Shown: one piece after another, positions 1-8,934 of the stretch
Layout of the letters: every line of letters starts with the position of its first letter
Numbering within the stretch: the first letter of the stretch is position 1
Source: Phycisphaerae bacterium
Lineage (GTDB): Bacteria > Planctomycetota > Phycisphaerae > UBA1845
Direction of reading: 5' to 3'
NCBI GenBank assembly: GCA_963666835.2
Contig: CAXXGO010000006.1
Coordinates: 2,511,443 to 2,543,442 of the forward strand
DNA length: 32,000 bases
The notes under the pieces: model-generated
Seen by the model: the letters and a program-made list of their open reading frames with translations, nothing else
Told to the model about the DNA's origin: nothing
Database searches by the model: none
Program-made: the position numbers and the translations under genes

Positions 1-2
1 GG

Positions 3-809
3 GGGGTGACGAAAACGACATGTGCCGGAGACTACAACGGCGATGGGGTCGTTGATACGACGGACCTTGACCGTTACGCGTTTTCCTCGTGCCAGAGCGC
101 TCACGAGGATGGGGTGTTCACTGACGATGCCTGCAAGGTCTACGACTACGATAACAGCGGCCTGATCGACGATGACGACGAGAATGTCTTCCGTTGCCTC
201 GCGGACGGTGGAACGGACTGTTGTGAGTATGTCGCCGACAACGGGTATGTGGCCGTGGTCTTCGGCGGTGTCTTCATCGACGGTGATCGCACGATCGATC
301 AGGTTGCCACGGACGATCTGCCGGGCGCCGTCTTTTATGGGGCGGCTGCCGGGCACCGGGCCGGCACGGATGTCGACTCGGCCGGCGACTTCAACCAGGA
401 CGGGTTCGGGGATATCCTCATAACGGTTCCGGGGGAGACGCGGCTGGACGTATCCGGGCGAGAGCGGCTCGGGGTGGCGTATCTGATTTTTGGCGGTACG
501 CATTTGTACAACACCACGTGGAGTCTATCGCAGGTCGGCTCTTCCGAGCTCCCCGGAGTTGTGTTCCTGAGCCCGTATGTGAAGGGGCGTCCGAACGAGG
601 CTCCGATGACGTCGGTGGCGAATATCGGCGATATCAACAACGACGGGTTCGGTGATATTGCGGTGGGAAACCCCACGGCGGACTTCATGGATCAGACGTT
701 CCCGCAAGGCCCGGACGCGACCGATGCCGCGCTCGGGCGGCGCAGCGATGCGGGAGATGTCTACATCATCTACGGCAACAACTACGGCAGCAACCGGGCG
801 ATGCCGTAG
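3..809 (+). CDS. FG-GAP repeat / dockerin-like Ca-binding exoprotein, C-terminal part (5' end outside window)
   Basis: The frame is open from the first bases of the window to TAG 807-809. Translation shows dockerin/EF-hand-like loops (DYNGDGVVDTTD, DYDNSGLIDDDD) followed by FG-GAP-type motifs (GDFNQDGFGDILI, GDINNDGFGDIAVG). Confidence 0.7.
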   Translation, partial: GVTKTTCAGDYNGDGVVDTTDLDRYAFSSCQSAHEDGVFTDDACKVYDYDNSGLIDDDDENVFRCLADGGTDCCEYVADNGYVAVVFGGVFIDGDRTIDQVATDDLPGAVFYGAAAGHRAGTDVDSAGDFNQDGFGDILITVPGETRLDVSGRERLGVAYLIFGGTHLYNTTWSLSQVGSSELPGVVFLSPYVKGRPNEAPMTSVANIGDINNDGFGDIAVGNPTADFMDQTFPQGPDATDAALGRRSDAGDVYIIYGNNYGSNRAMP

Positions 810-840
810 CCTGAGAGGGATCGGCGAATACGGGTTGCGA

Positions 841-894
841 CGCCCCTTGTTGGCGGTGAGACGCTTGTTGCGGGTCTAACGCCAACAAGGGGCG
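841..894 (+). terminator. Long perfect hairpin downstream of the FG-GAP gene (possible intrinsic terminator or protein-binding inverted repeat)
   Basis: CGCCCCTTGTTGGCG (841-855) is the exact reverse complement of CGCCAACAAGGGGCG (880-894), with a 24-nt loop. It starts 32 nt after the stop codon. The T-tract after the stem is weak (CCGTATTTAA). Confidence 0.4.
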
Positions 895-1107
895 CCGTAT
901 TTAACGTAATGCGCTCCGTCCAGCTTAACGGAAGCGCAGACGAGGCCCTCTCTTTGGATTTATCGCTGAACTGACAAACGAGGCGGGGCGTAGTATGCTC
1001 AACGAGGTACCCGCGTCCCGACCGGCACGGGCGAGGCTGCGCGGTTATCGGAGTATCCTGACGCTGGCGATCGGCCCTGCGGGAGTGCGCGGGCGGTCGA
1101 GAGCATT

Positions 1108-3123
1108 GTGAAAGAGGATTGTCGCTCGATGGCACACGATCATTTCAAGGACGTCCAAGCCGAGACTATTCGCGCCAGCGGTTTGTTGATCGGCACCATG
1201 ATGGGCGGAATGTTGGTGGTGGCGTCTTTTGTGGTGGACTTCCCGATCGTCGCCAACACGCTTTTCCAGTTTGATCCGACCGTTAACGGACGCATGCCGT
1301 ACTCCGATGTGTTGGCACTTCTCGGCGCGATCATGCTCGGCGGGCCGCTGGTGTGGCACGCGATCAAGTCGCTTCTGCAGTCGCATGCGCATATTGATGA
1401 GTTGGTGGCGCTGGCGATTGTGGCGGCCGTAGCCTTGGGCGAGTACCAGGAGGCGGGGATCATTGCCTTCTTCATGGTGCTGTCCAACCTTATCGAGACT
1501 CGGACTGCCCTGGGGGCGCGGGCGTCGATTGAATCCTTATTGCGGTTGACCCCTGACCAGGCGCATCGGATCCTTCCGGACGGTTCGGAGGAGGAGGTCA
1601 ATGCGCATGATTTGAAGCCGGGCGATGTGATCCGGGTGCGCCCGGGCGACAACATCGCCGCGGACGGGGAGGTGGCGGCGGGACAGTCGACCGTCAACCA
1701 GGCGACGATTACCGGAGAGTCGATTCCGGTCGACAAGGAAGCCGGCGATGAAGTGTTCGGCGGAACGAGCAATCTGACCGGGGCACTGGAGGTGCGGGTA
1801 ACCAAAGCGGGCAAAGATGCCACGCTCGGCAGGGTGCAGGAACTGATCCTCGACGCGGAGCGAACGCGCAGCCCGATGATGCGACTGATCGACAAATACG
1901 CGGCGTGGTATACGCCGACGGTGTGCATGTTGGCGGCGATTGTGTGGTTCTTTTCCGAGGACAAGGAAGTCGGCGTGAAGAAGGCGATTACTATGATGAT
2001 TATCGCCTGCCCATGTTCGTTGATCCTCGCTACGCCGACTGCGATGGTGGCGGCACTGAGCTGCGCAGCCCGTTTTGGTGTTCTGATCAAGAGCGTGATC
2101 CAGCTTGAGTTCGCCAGGACTCTTACCGCCGTAGTGTTCGACAAGACCGGTACGTTGACTACCGGAAAGCTGTCGGTGACGCAGATGAAGCCTGCTCCGG
2201 GCGTGGACGGGGCGGACTTGCTCTTCGCGGCCGCTTCCGCAGAGCATTTGAGTAAGCACCCGGCGGCCATTGCGTTGGTCGAGATCGCCAAGCGGGCCAA
2301 GATAGAAATCGCCCCCGCCGACGATTTTGAAGAAACCGCCGGCCGCGGGGTCAGCGCCCGAATCGAGGGGAGCGTCGTTTTAGTGGGGCGAAGCACCTGG
2401 CTGGCGGATCGTGGGGTCGATATGTCGTTGACTAAGGACCCCGAGTTCGCCGAACCCGAGGGGGTCAGCATGTTGTACGCGGCCCGCGATGGGAAGTGTC
2501 TCGGCTGGCTGGGGTTGGAAGACCGCACGCGCGGCGAGGCCCGCGCGGCGATCGATGAGCTTCGGAAGTTCAAGATCCGCAACCTGTCGATGGTGACGGG
2601 TGACAAATGGTCGGTTGCCCGGCGCGTCGGAGCGGAGATGGGCTGTACGGAGGTGCAAGCAGAGGTCCTTCCGGAGGACAAGCTCCGTCTGGTTGATGAT
2701 CTGCGGAAGCGAGGACACCGGGTTGCCGTGGTGGGGGACGGCGTAAACGACGCCCCGATGCTCGCGGCCAGCGACCTGGGTATCGCGATGGGGGCCGCCG
2801 GGAGCGATGTGGCAATCAACTCGGCGGACATTGCGCTGATGACCAACGACTTGAGCCGGCTGCCGTTCTTGGTTCGGCTATCGCAAGCCACGATGCGCGT
2901 GGTGTGGCAGAACATAGTCTTCGGGGTGCTGTTTATCGTCGGAATGATGACCCTGGCCATCTGGGGACCGCTCACGCCGATCATTGCTGCGGTGGCCCAC
3001 ACCGGGGCGGCGCTGTTCGTCGCGTTTAACAGTGCCCGGTTATTCCGGTTCGGCGAGGATCATGAGTCGGCCCTGGATGACTACGCGATGGCACTGCCGT
3101 CGCGCCCGGTTCAGGCAGGTTGA
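1108..3123 (+). CDS. Heavy-metal-translocating P-type ATPase (P1B family, Zn/Cd/Co-like), lacking an N-terminal HMA domain
   Basis: Motifs: ITGES actuator, IACPCSLILATP (CPC in the transmembrane metal site), DKTGTLT phosphorylation site, GDGVNDAP hinge. The N-terminus runs directly into TM helices with no CxxC ferredoxin-fold domain. The track start is GTG 1108; ATG 1129 is an alternative, with GAGGA about 10 nt upstream. Confidence 0.9.
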   Translation: MKEDCRSMAHDHFKDVQAETIRASGLLIGTMMGGMLVVASFVVDFPIVANTLFQFDPTVNGRMPYSDVLALLGAIMLGGPLVWHAIKSLLQSHAHIDELVALAIVAAVALGEYQEAGIIAFFMVLSNLIETRTALGARASIESLLRLTPDQAHRILPDGSEEEVNAHDLKPGDVIRVRPGDNIAADGEVAAGQSTVNQATITGESIPVDKEAGDEVFGGTSNLTGALEVRVTKAGKDATLGRVQELILDAERTRSPMMRLIDKYAAWYTPTVCMLAAIVWFFSEDKEVGVKKAITMMIIACPCSLILATPTAMVAALSCAARFGVLIKSVIQLEFARTLTAVVFDKTGTLTTGKLSVTQMKPAPGVDGADLLFAAASAEHLSKHPAAIALVEIAKRAKIEIAPADDFEETAGRGVSARIEGSVVLVGRSTWLADRGVDMSLTKDPEFAEPEGVSMLYAARDGKCLGWLGLEDRTRGEARAAIDELRKFKIRNLSMVTGDKWSVARRVGAEMGCTEVQAEVLPEDKLRLVDDLRKRGHRVAVVGDGVNDAPMLAASDLGIAMGAAGSDVAINSADIALMTNDLSRLPFLVRLSQATMRVVWQNIVFGVLFIVGMMTLAIWGPLTPIIAAVAHTGAALFVAFNSARLFRFGEDHESALDDYAMALPSRPVQAG

Positions 3124-3171
3124 TTTTAGCGGCATTCTGGACGGCTGAAGAGCGAGGTGCGTCGTTGTTGC

Positions 3172-3921
3172 CTACGATGGCTCGCGCAGGATGTGGACCA
3201 GCCCGATGCCTCCGCGTATTACCAGGCTGATCATCAAGAGCAGCAGTAACGTTGCTACGGTCAGGTTAAGAACAGCCCAGCCGTTCTGCACCCGCGGATC
3301 AGCGACATCGAACAGGGAACTGATCGTGGCGGCTGCGATGCCGAGGATGATTATTGCGACCAGCGACCCGCGGAGGTTCCCCGGGAACGGCGCGATCCGA
3401 ACAGTCAGACATACCAGCAGATAAACGAATAGCCCCGCCTTCCAGTCGGTGAATCCTGCGGTTGCCAATGCCGAAGCGATCGACTCGACCAGCGAGACTT
3501 GATCGCGCAGAAGCTGCCAGAAGCCCGGCCACGTGGTCGGCAGGGAGGGCCCCACGACCCGCGTATCCAACGCGGCCAGGATCGGCTGACCGAGTTGCCC
3601 GGCGACGAGGTATATTGCGACGGCACAGGCCAGGAGGGGGAGCAGGCCAATCACCACGGGTCCGACCACGGGTATTCGTGGTCGCGGGTCCGGGGTAGTC
3701 TCCGGGTCGCCGGATTCGTCGTCCTTGAATAGGGTGGTGTTGGTCACGGTAGCCCCGGTTACGAGCAGGCCGAGGACGTGGCCTACCTGAGCCACCAGCG
3801 TTCCGGGAAGCAGGATGGCGTTGAAGATCTTCGGCTTGACCATGCTGGCCCAGAGATTATGCACGCCCCAGGCAGTCAATACGATCAGCAGCAGCCAGAA
3901 GGTCAGCGCAAGGTAGAGCAC
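3172..3921 (-). CDS. Hypothetical polytopic membrane protein
   Basis: 249-aa ORF with several hydrophobic helices (LALTFWLLLIVLTAWGV, VVIGLLPLLACAVAIYLV, LFVYLLVCLTV, LVAIIILGIAAATI, LTVATLLLLLMISLVI). I recognise no family motif. It is convergent with the ATPase gene. Confidence 0.55.
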   Translation of the reverse strand: MLYLALTFWLLLIVLTAWGVHNLWASMVKPKIFNAILLPGTLVAQVGHVLGLLVTGATVTNTTLFKDDESGDPETTPDPRPRIPVVGPVVIGLLPLLACAVAIYLVAGQLGQPILAALDTRVVGPSLPTTWPGFWQLLRDQVSLVESIASALATAGFTDWKAGLFVYLLVCLTVRIAPFPGNLRGSLVAIIILGIAAATISSLFDVADPRVQNGWAVLNLTVATLLLLLMISLVIRGGIGLVHILREPS

Positions 3922-4214
3922 GTCTCACCGTCCTTTGGTTTGCCCAACCCACCCATCGATTCGCCCTCCTCTGCCGCGGCGCGCACACTCCAAATGCGCT
4001 TCCGAGATCATACCTTTCGACTATCGGCGCGGCGGTGGTTCTGTCGTCATTAAAACTGTGCTGAAGCGGTCGCGGCGACCGGAGCTTATGTGAAGGGAGC
4101 GAGGACGCCGCGGATCTGGGTTTCTTCTTGGAGCCGCAGGTTCTCCAAGGTAGCATGGCTTGTCGGAATCGGGGTCGGGACGATTACTCGCTGAGTTGCT
4201 TGGAGGTGGATGGA

Positions 4215-5519
4215 ATGTCGTTTCTACGAGTCAGGGCAGTGGTTGCGCTTCCGTTCTTCGTGTTGCTCGGGCCTGTGTTGGTTATTTGCATGGGTGGCGG
4301 GGGAGACTCTGCGGTTGCCGTCACGGGCGACTGCCCGGACGCCACCATTACAATCGAAATCAAGACCGATTTCTATCCTCAGGATATCACCTGGGAGCTG
4401 GTTCAGCAGGGTTACGGCGTGGTGGTTTCGGATGGGCCCCTCAGCCAGGCGTACACGGTACACACCTGGGATGTGTGCGTCGACTCGACCGCGTGCTACG
4501 ACTTCACCATCTATGACTCGTACGGGGACGGCTTGGAGCACCCGGAGTATTACCGCGTGTTCTATGAGGGGGAACTTGTCGGTTCGGGCGGTCCGTTCGG
4601 CGACTTCGAGACCGTGCTTGATATTGGTGACGGATGCGTGGCACCATTCTGCGGCGACGGAACTTGCGATCCCGACGAATCCCATCTGAGCTGCCCGGAG
4701 GATTGCCCGCCCTGTGAGTACTGCCAGGCATGTTACACCGAGCAGGAGAGCGAGTGGATTACCCGCGTCGTGTTCAACACGATCGACAACCGTAGCGGGC
4801 AGGACGGCCCGTGCAGTTATGGCGATTACACCGCGGTTTCGACAACGTTGATGCGCGAGTCGACGCATAATCTACGCGTGTCGTTCTTCTCGAACGGGCA
4901 GTGGGATGAACATGTGCGGGCGTGGATCGACTGGAACCGGGATTGTGCGTTCGAGTCCAGTGAGAGCTACTACCTGGGTGAGGGCGTGGATGCGACCCTT
5001 TCGAGATCCGTAACGGTGCCGGCGGATGCGCTACTGGGCTGTACGCGAATGCGCGTGGTCGACAACTACGACACGGATGCCCGCGAGCCCTGCCCCGATC
5101 TGCTGTACGGCGAGGTGGAAGACTACACGGTCTGCGTAACGGACGGCACTGTCGGGGCCTGTTGCGTCGATGCCGACCCTTGGTGTCGAGGCTTTGTCAC
5201 TGAGGCCGAGTGCGACGCCCAAGGCGGTATGTTCCTCGGCATCGACAGCACGTGCGACGTGCCCGACTGCAATGACAACGGCGTTTCCGATCTATGCGAC
5301 TTCGTTGCCGACGGTGATTTCACCGCCGACGGAGTCGTCGGGCTCGAGGACTACGAAGCGCTGGTCGAATGCCTGGACGGCCCGGGAGCATCACCGACCG
5401 TCCCGATCCCCGATTGCCTCAGTACTTACTTAGCCGCCTTCGACGCCGATATGGACGGCGACGTCGACCTGCGCGACGTGGGCGCGTTTCACATTTGTTT
5501 TGCCGTTTCGAATGAATAG
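4215..5519 (+). CDS. Secreted multidomain protein: TDxYPxE..W/DSYGDG module + GEVED-type domain + Cys-rich 'ACC' module + dockerin/EF-hand-like C-terminus
   Basis: ATG 4215 is preceded by GGAGG (4203-4207). The N-terminus is signal-peptide-like (MSFLRVRAVVALPFFVLLGPVLVICMGGGG). A GEVED-type signature is present (CTRMRVVDNYDTDAREPCPDLLYGEVEDYTVCV), and the C-terminus carries DADMDGDVDLRD. The track ORF starts earlier, at 4128. Confidence 0.8.
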   Translation: MSFLRVRAVVALPFFVLLGPVLVICMGGGGDSAVAVTGDCPDATITIEIKTDFYPQDITWELVQQGYGVVVSDGPLSQAYTVHTWDVCVDSTACYDFTIYDSYGDGLEHPEYYRVFYEGELVGSGGPFGDFETVLDIGDGCVAPFCGDGTCDPDESHLSCPEDCPPCEYCQACYTEQESEWITRVVFNTIDNRSGQDGPCSYGDYTAVSTTLMRESTHNLRVSFFSNGQWDEHVRAWIDWNRDCAFESSESYYLGEGVDATLSRSVTVPADALLGCTRMRVVDNYDTDAREPCPDLLYGEVEDYTVCVTDGTVGACCVDADPWCRGFVTEAECDAQGGMFLGIDSTCDVPDCNDNGVSDLCDFVADGDFTADGVVGLEDYEALVECLDGPGASPTVPIPDCLSTYLAAFDADMDGDVDLRDVGAFHICFAVSNE

Positions 5520-5616
5520 CGGGATTGTGTAACCACCGGTGCTTGTTTCTTTGGGGGGGCGTCTTTGGAGCGGGGGGACGCCCGCCGCCGGAGGGTCGGT
5601 CGTTGATGTCGTTCTT

Positions 5617-7335
5617 CTAGGGGACGGATTCAGGGATGGCGGCTTCTTCGCCCGGCTGATCGGATGGAACTCGTAGGGGCTGCCGGTCCTCGCCGATCAG
5701 CAGGCGGGTGGGCGTGCAGAACCTGTCGTACAACGTGAGAGACCAACCGCCGGCCACCCGCTCGATCTCGTATCCGCCGGGGACGTCCATCGCGATTGGG
5801 TCCAGCCGCCCGAAGTGGTCGCTGGCGAAGAGGTCGCATGCTTCGGCAAGCGCGGCAGGCCAAACCGCCTCCAAGCCACCAGTTTCCGGCCATCGTTTCA
5901 TCGACAGTTCGAAGGCGAAGTTGTTCACGTTTCTGTAGCGTTGCATTCCCAGCCACCCGGTCCCCTTGGGGCCCGTTTCTACGGTCGGCACGATTGCTGT
6001 CATCGAGAAACCGACGGCGGGGACCAGCAGCACCCCGCACACAACGTATGCAAGGAACCGCTTCGAACGTGCCTTGCCTGAGTGGCATCCCATGATCGTC
6101 AGCGACAAGGCAACAACACCAAGAGAGAAGAATGCAACGCCTTGCCCGACCTCTGCGGCCGCTTCGTGCGCATATTCGGTTCGTCGATACGGGTTGCAGG
6201 GCTCCCATTCCAGATAGAAATCCTCAGTCATATCTTCCGGGTCGAGCTCCCCGCGAAGGTGTGTCAACACGCAGTCCGGCCACATCACCGCTACAACCTC
6301 CGGATGACCGATGCCGGCGTTATGCGTGTTGTTCGCTCGGTACAACGTGGCACATTCATCCGTGACGAAGTCCGAGCGGTAGACACCTTGGTTACGCCGA
6401 TTGGTGTTCGTGGCGTCAGGTTGGTAACGATCCACAAGAACCGGCCTCATGGATCGGTGCGCCCCGGCCTTGTCTGCAATGATGAACAGATCAAGCTGCA
6501 TAGGATCAGCATTGACGCCGGTCAACTTCATGGGATAAACCGCACGCTCGGTCGGAAACACGAACTTCAGGGGATGAGGTGTGATTGTGGAGGAGCCGCC
6601 TGTTTTGATCTGGGCCGCCGCAAAGCACCAACCCCGTTTCGCGTAGTCGGAGAGAACGGGCTCGGCTTGCTCGGAAACGTGGAAGCCGCGCTCGGTGAGC
6701 CACTGGCGGATCGACTCGCCATTGGTGCCGCTGATGACGGCTACATCGTACGCTCCGATCTGGCGGCTATCGATAACCGTTACGCCAGATGCGCCCGGCG
6801 ATACGCCGGCCGTACCCAGGCTCGGAAGCAAGATGCCCGACACCACGAGAAAAACGAGCAGAAGCAGCACGGCATTCAGGACGGACCTGAAGGGCTTTTC
6901 GGGAGTGCCGCTCCAGTACTTTGCCAATGCGATTATGGATGCCAAGAGGCATGATACCGCCACCAGGCGGCCGACCAGCAGGATGCCGCTGGCATCAGAT
7001 CGAATCTCCGGCCCGGTCAGTAGATGCATGGTCCTGAGGAGCCCGGGCTTGCAGGCGGCTACATCGGTTGGGACCCCCGGCAGCGGCACGACCCATCCAA
7101 CGCGCTCTTCCGCGTTCTGCGCGGTCGATTCGACAATGAGGGTCTCAATGCCGTCCTTGTAGCTGACGATTGCTCTTTGATATGGGATCGTAGGATCGGC
7201 CTCGGCGCCTACGTTTCGGAAGAACTTGCCATCAGCATCGGCGGTGCCGGGTGTGCTCAACATCAGGAGTACGATTCCGAGGACCAATGCCCGAGTGAGG
7301 AGCTCGGAGCTTCCGTGCCTTTGGGTTGTTCTCAT
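5617..7335 (-). CDS. DUF2330-like membrane protein with a long C-terminal extension
   Basis: Signal/TM N-terminus, then PYQRAIVSYKDGIETLIVES...GWVVPLPGVP and later IGAYDVAVISGTNGESIRQWLTERGFHVSEQAEPVLSDYAKRGWCFAAAQIK...PHPLKFVFPTERAVYPMKLT. From memory this matches the DUF2330 pattern. There are additional TM helices and a roughly 200-aa tail. Confidence 0.6.
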   Translation of the reverse strand: MRTTQRHGSSELLTRALVLGIVLLMLSTPGTADADGKFFRNVGAEADPTIPYQRAIVSYKDGIETLIVESTAQNAEERVGWVVPLPGVPTDVAACKPGLLRTMHLLTGPEIRSDASGILLVGRLVAVSCLLASIIALAKYWSGTPEKPFRSVLNAVLLLLVFLVVSGILLPSLGTAGVSPGASGVTVIDSRQIGAYDVAVISGTNGESIRQWLTERGFHVSEQAEPVLSDYAKRGWCFAAAQIKTGGSSTITPHPLKFVFPTERAVYPMKLTGVNADPMQLDLFIIADKAGAHRSMRPVLVDRYQPDATNTNRRNQGVYRSDFVTDECATLYRANNTHNAGIGHPEVVAVMWPDCVLTHLRGELDPEDMTEDFYLEWEPCNPYRRTEYAHEAAAEVGQGVAFFSLGVVALSLTIMGCHSGKARSKRFLAYVVCGVLLVPAVGFSMTAIVPTVETGPKGTGWLGMQRYRNVNNFAFELSMKRWPETGGLEAVWPAALAEACDLFASDHFGRLDPIAMDVPGGYEIERVAGGWSLTLYDRFCTPTRLLIGEDRQPLRVPSDQPGEEAAIPESVP

Positions 7336-7526
7336 CCTGAATCTACCCCGATAGACGCAGCACCTGATGCGTGTGAGCTACAACTACATGTTATACGCTG
7401 GTTTTGTCAAACCGGTTTCCAGTAGGGTGACGTTTCCAACACGCGGCAAGCCGCCGGCGACTTCCCCGGACTTGGCACGCAACCCATCACCTTGGACACC
7501 TTGTCTAAAAGTCCCGTACGACCCTC

Positions 7527-7570
7527 TTGACGTGCGGGCTCTTACCTGTAATCATAATAAGTACTGATAA
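7527..7570 (+). promoter_or_regulatory. Putative sigma70-like promoter plus AT-rich Fur/PerR-box-like operator upstream of the Fur-family gene
   Basis: TTGACG (7527-7532), then TAATCA/AATCAT at a 16-17 nt spacing. The AT-rich stretch TGTAATCATAATAAGTACTGATAA (7547-7570) is unusual in this GC-rich DNA and loosely resembles 7-1-7 Fur/PerR boxes. It ends 10 nt before GTG 7580. Confidence 0.35.
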
Positions 7571-7579
7571 GGGGGGCGT

Positions 7580-7996
7580 GTGCAGACGAAGGGGCCACAG
7601 CGGAATACGCGGCAGCGGCAGGTGGTGTTGGAGGAGCTTAAGAAGCTGACTTCGCACCCGACGGCCGCGGAGTTGTACGAGATCACCCGGGCGCGGTTGC
7701 CGAAGATTAGCCTCGGCACGGTCTACCGTAACCTGGAACTGCTGGCCGAGAACTCGGTCATCCAGAAGTTGACGATGGGCGGCGGGGAGGCGCGGTTCGA
7801 CGGCAACCCGGAGCGTCACTACCACGTTCGGTGCGTCTATTGCGGACGGGTGGACGATGTGCATGACCTGCCGGCCGGTTTCGTGAAGAACGTCGCTCCG
7901 AAGCTCGGTGGCTATGAGATTCTCGGGTATCGTCTGGATTTCAACGGGATATGCCCCGAGTGTAAGAAGAAACGACCCGGATCGGAGAGAGGCTGA
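7580..7996 (+). CDS. Fur-family metalloregulator (PerR-like by genomic context)
   Basis: N-terminal winged-helix signature (RNTRQRQVVLEEL...HPTAAELY...ISLGTVYRNLELL), an HYHVRC His cluster and two CxxC pairs (CVYCG, CPEC). It lies directly upstream of peroxidase genes. GTG start with AAGGGGGG upstream. Confidence 0.85.
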   Translation: MQTKGPQRNTRQRQVVLEELKKLTSHPTAAELYEITRARLPKISLGTVYRNLELLAENSVIQKLTMGGGEARFDGNPERHYHVRCVYCGRVDDVHDLPAGFVKNVAPKLGGYEILGYRLDFNGICPECKKKRPGSERG

Positions 7997-8251
7997 AAGC
8001 GGCCCGATCGCGCGGGCGATGCGGCTGCGTTGGTCATGATTGACCGGGAACTGGGCGCACCGGTTCGACCGCGGACGCACAATAGGCGGTGTCGCTCCGG
8101 CAGCGGCGACGGGAGCGCCTCGCGGCGTTCTTGCTGGCGAGATGGGCGGGCTGCCCGGATGGACGCTCGCCGCGGGCATCGGTAGTATGAATATGACGTG
8201 TTCCCCGGCAGGGGGCATGGTTAGAGCCGTCGAGAAAGACCGGTCGACCTC

Positions 8252-8279
8252 TTGACGCGCTTTACGAGTGTTGTAGATC
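8252..8279 (+). promoter_or_regulatory. Putative tpx promoter sharing a 10-nt -35 region with the fur-family promoter
   Basis: CCTCTTGACG occurs at 8248-8257 and identically at 7523-7532. TAGATC lies 16 nt downstream of TTGACG, about 85 nt before ATG 8364. Confidence 0.3.
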
Positions 8280-8363
8280 ACTTTGAAACGTGCCGGGTAT
8301 CGCATCGAGAGTTCGGGCGGTCCGCACCGAGATACGGTTCCGCCTTATGGAGGTTCAACAGAG

Positions 8364-8879
8364 ATGACCGAACGTGCCAATGCAGTGACATTCAAGGGGG
8401 CTCCGCTGACGTTGATGGGTGGGGAGCTGAAAGTCGGGGATCAGGCTCCGCACTTTACGCTGGTGGGCAATGATCTGGCCGACGTCGAGTGCAAGAGGTT
8501 TCACGGTAAGGTGCGGGTGTTGAGCGTGGCCCCAAGTATCGACACGCCCGTCTGCGCCGCGCAAACGCGTACGTTCAACAAGGAAGCGGCGGGTTTTTCG
8601 GAAGATGTCGTGATTGTGAGTGTGAGCATGGATCTGCCGTTTGCCCTTGCCCGTTTCTGCGGTGCGGACGGCATCGAACGCGTCATCACGGCCAGCGATT
8701 ACAAGTATCGCAGTTTCGGCGAGGCCTACGGCGTCTTCATCCGTGAACTGGGTCTGTTGACCCGCGCGGTCTTTGTCATCGACCGTCAAGAGAAAGTGGT
8801 GTATGCGGAGTACGTACCGGAGGTGACGAGCGAGCCCGACTACGCTACGGCGTTGGAGGCCGTGAAGGCGGCTCTGTAG
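8364..8879 (+). CDS. tpx: Thiol peroxidase (atypical 2-Cys peroxiredoxin Tpx)
   Basis: VTFKGAPLTL...GDQAPHFTL, peroxidatic Cys in SIDTPVCAAQT, resolving Cys in ARFCGA. ATG 8364 has GGAGG 10 nt upstream. The track ORF starts earlier, at 8283. Confidence 0.9.
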   Translation: MTERANAVTFKGAPLTLMGGELKVGDQAPHFTLVGNDLADVECKRFHGKVRVLSVAPSIDTPVCAAQTRTFNKEAAGFSEDVVIVSVSMDLPFALARFCGADGIERVITASDYKYRSFGEAYGVFIRELGLLTRAVFVIDRQEKVVYAEYVPEVTSEPDYATALEAVKAAL

Positions 8880-8934
8880 GTTGTGGCGGCGGGAAGGACT
8901 CGCTCCGCGGACCGGCGCCGGATCCTCAATAAGT

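Noticed and set aside
960-1107. Metal-sensing riboswitch (yybP-ykoY/Mn or NiCo type) in the ATPase leader, prompted by GGGGCGTAG at about 984-992
   Set aside because: Only a short resemblance to the GGGGAGUAG core. I could not find the complementary conserved 3' half or the four-way-junction helices. An Rfam scan would be needed, and there is not enough evidence to call it.
1140-3002. 620-aa ORF antisense to the P-type ATPase gene
   Set aside because: It is a Ser/Arg/Ala/Pro-rich, low-complexity translation with no motifs. The opposite strand carries the full set of P-type ATPase signatures. This is a typical shadow ORF of GC-rich DNA.
8032-8045. Palindrome GGTCA-TGAT-TGACC downstream of the fur-family gene as a relative of the GGTCC-N7-GGACC repeats
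   Set aside because: The half-sites and spacing differ, it is a single short occurrence, and it may simply be part of the fur terminator region. It is too weak to report as a feature.
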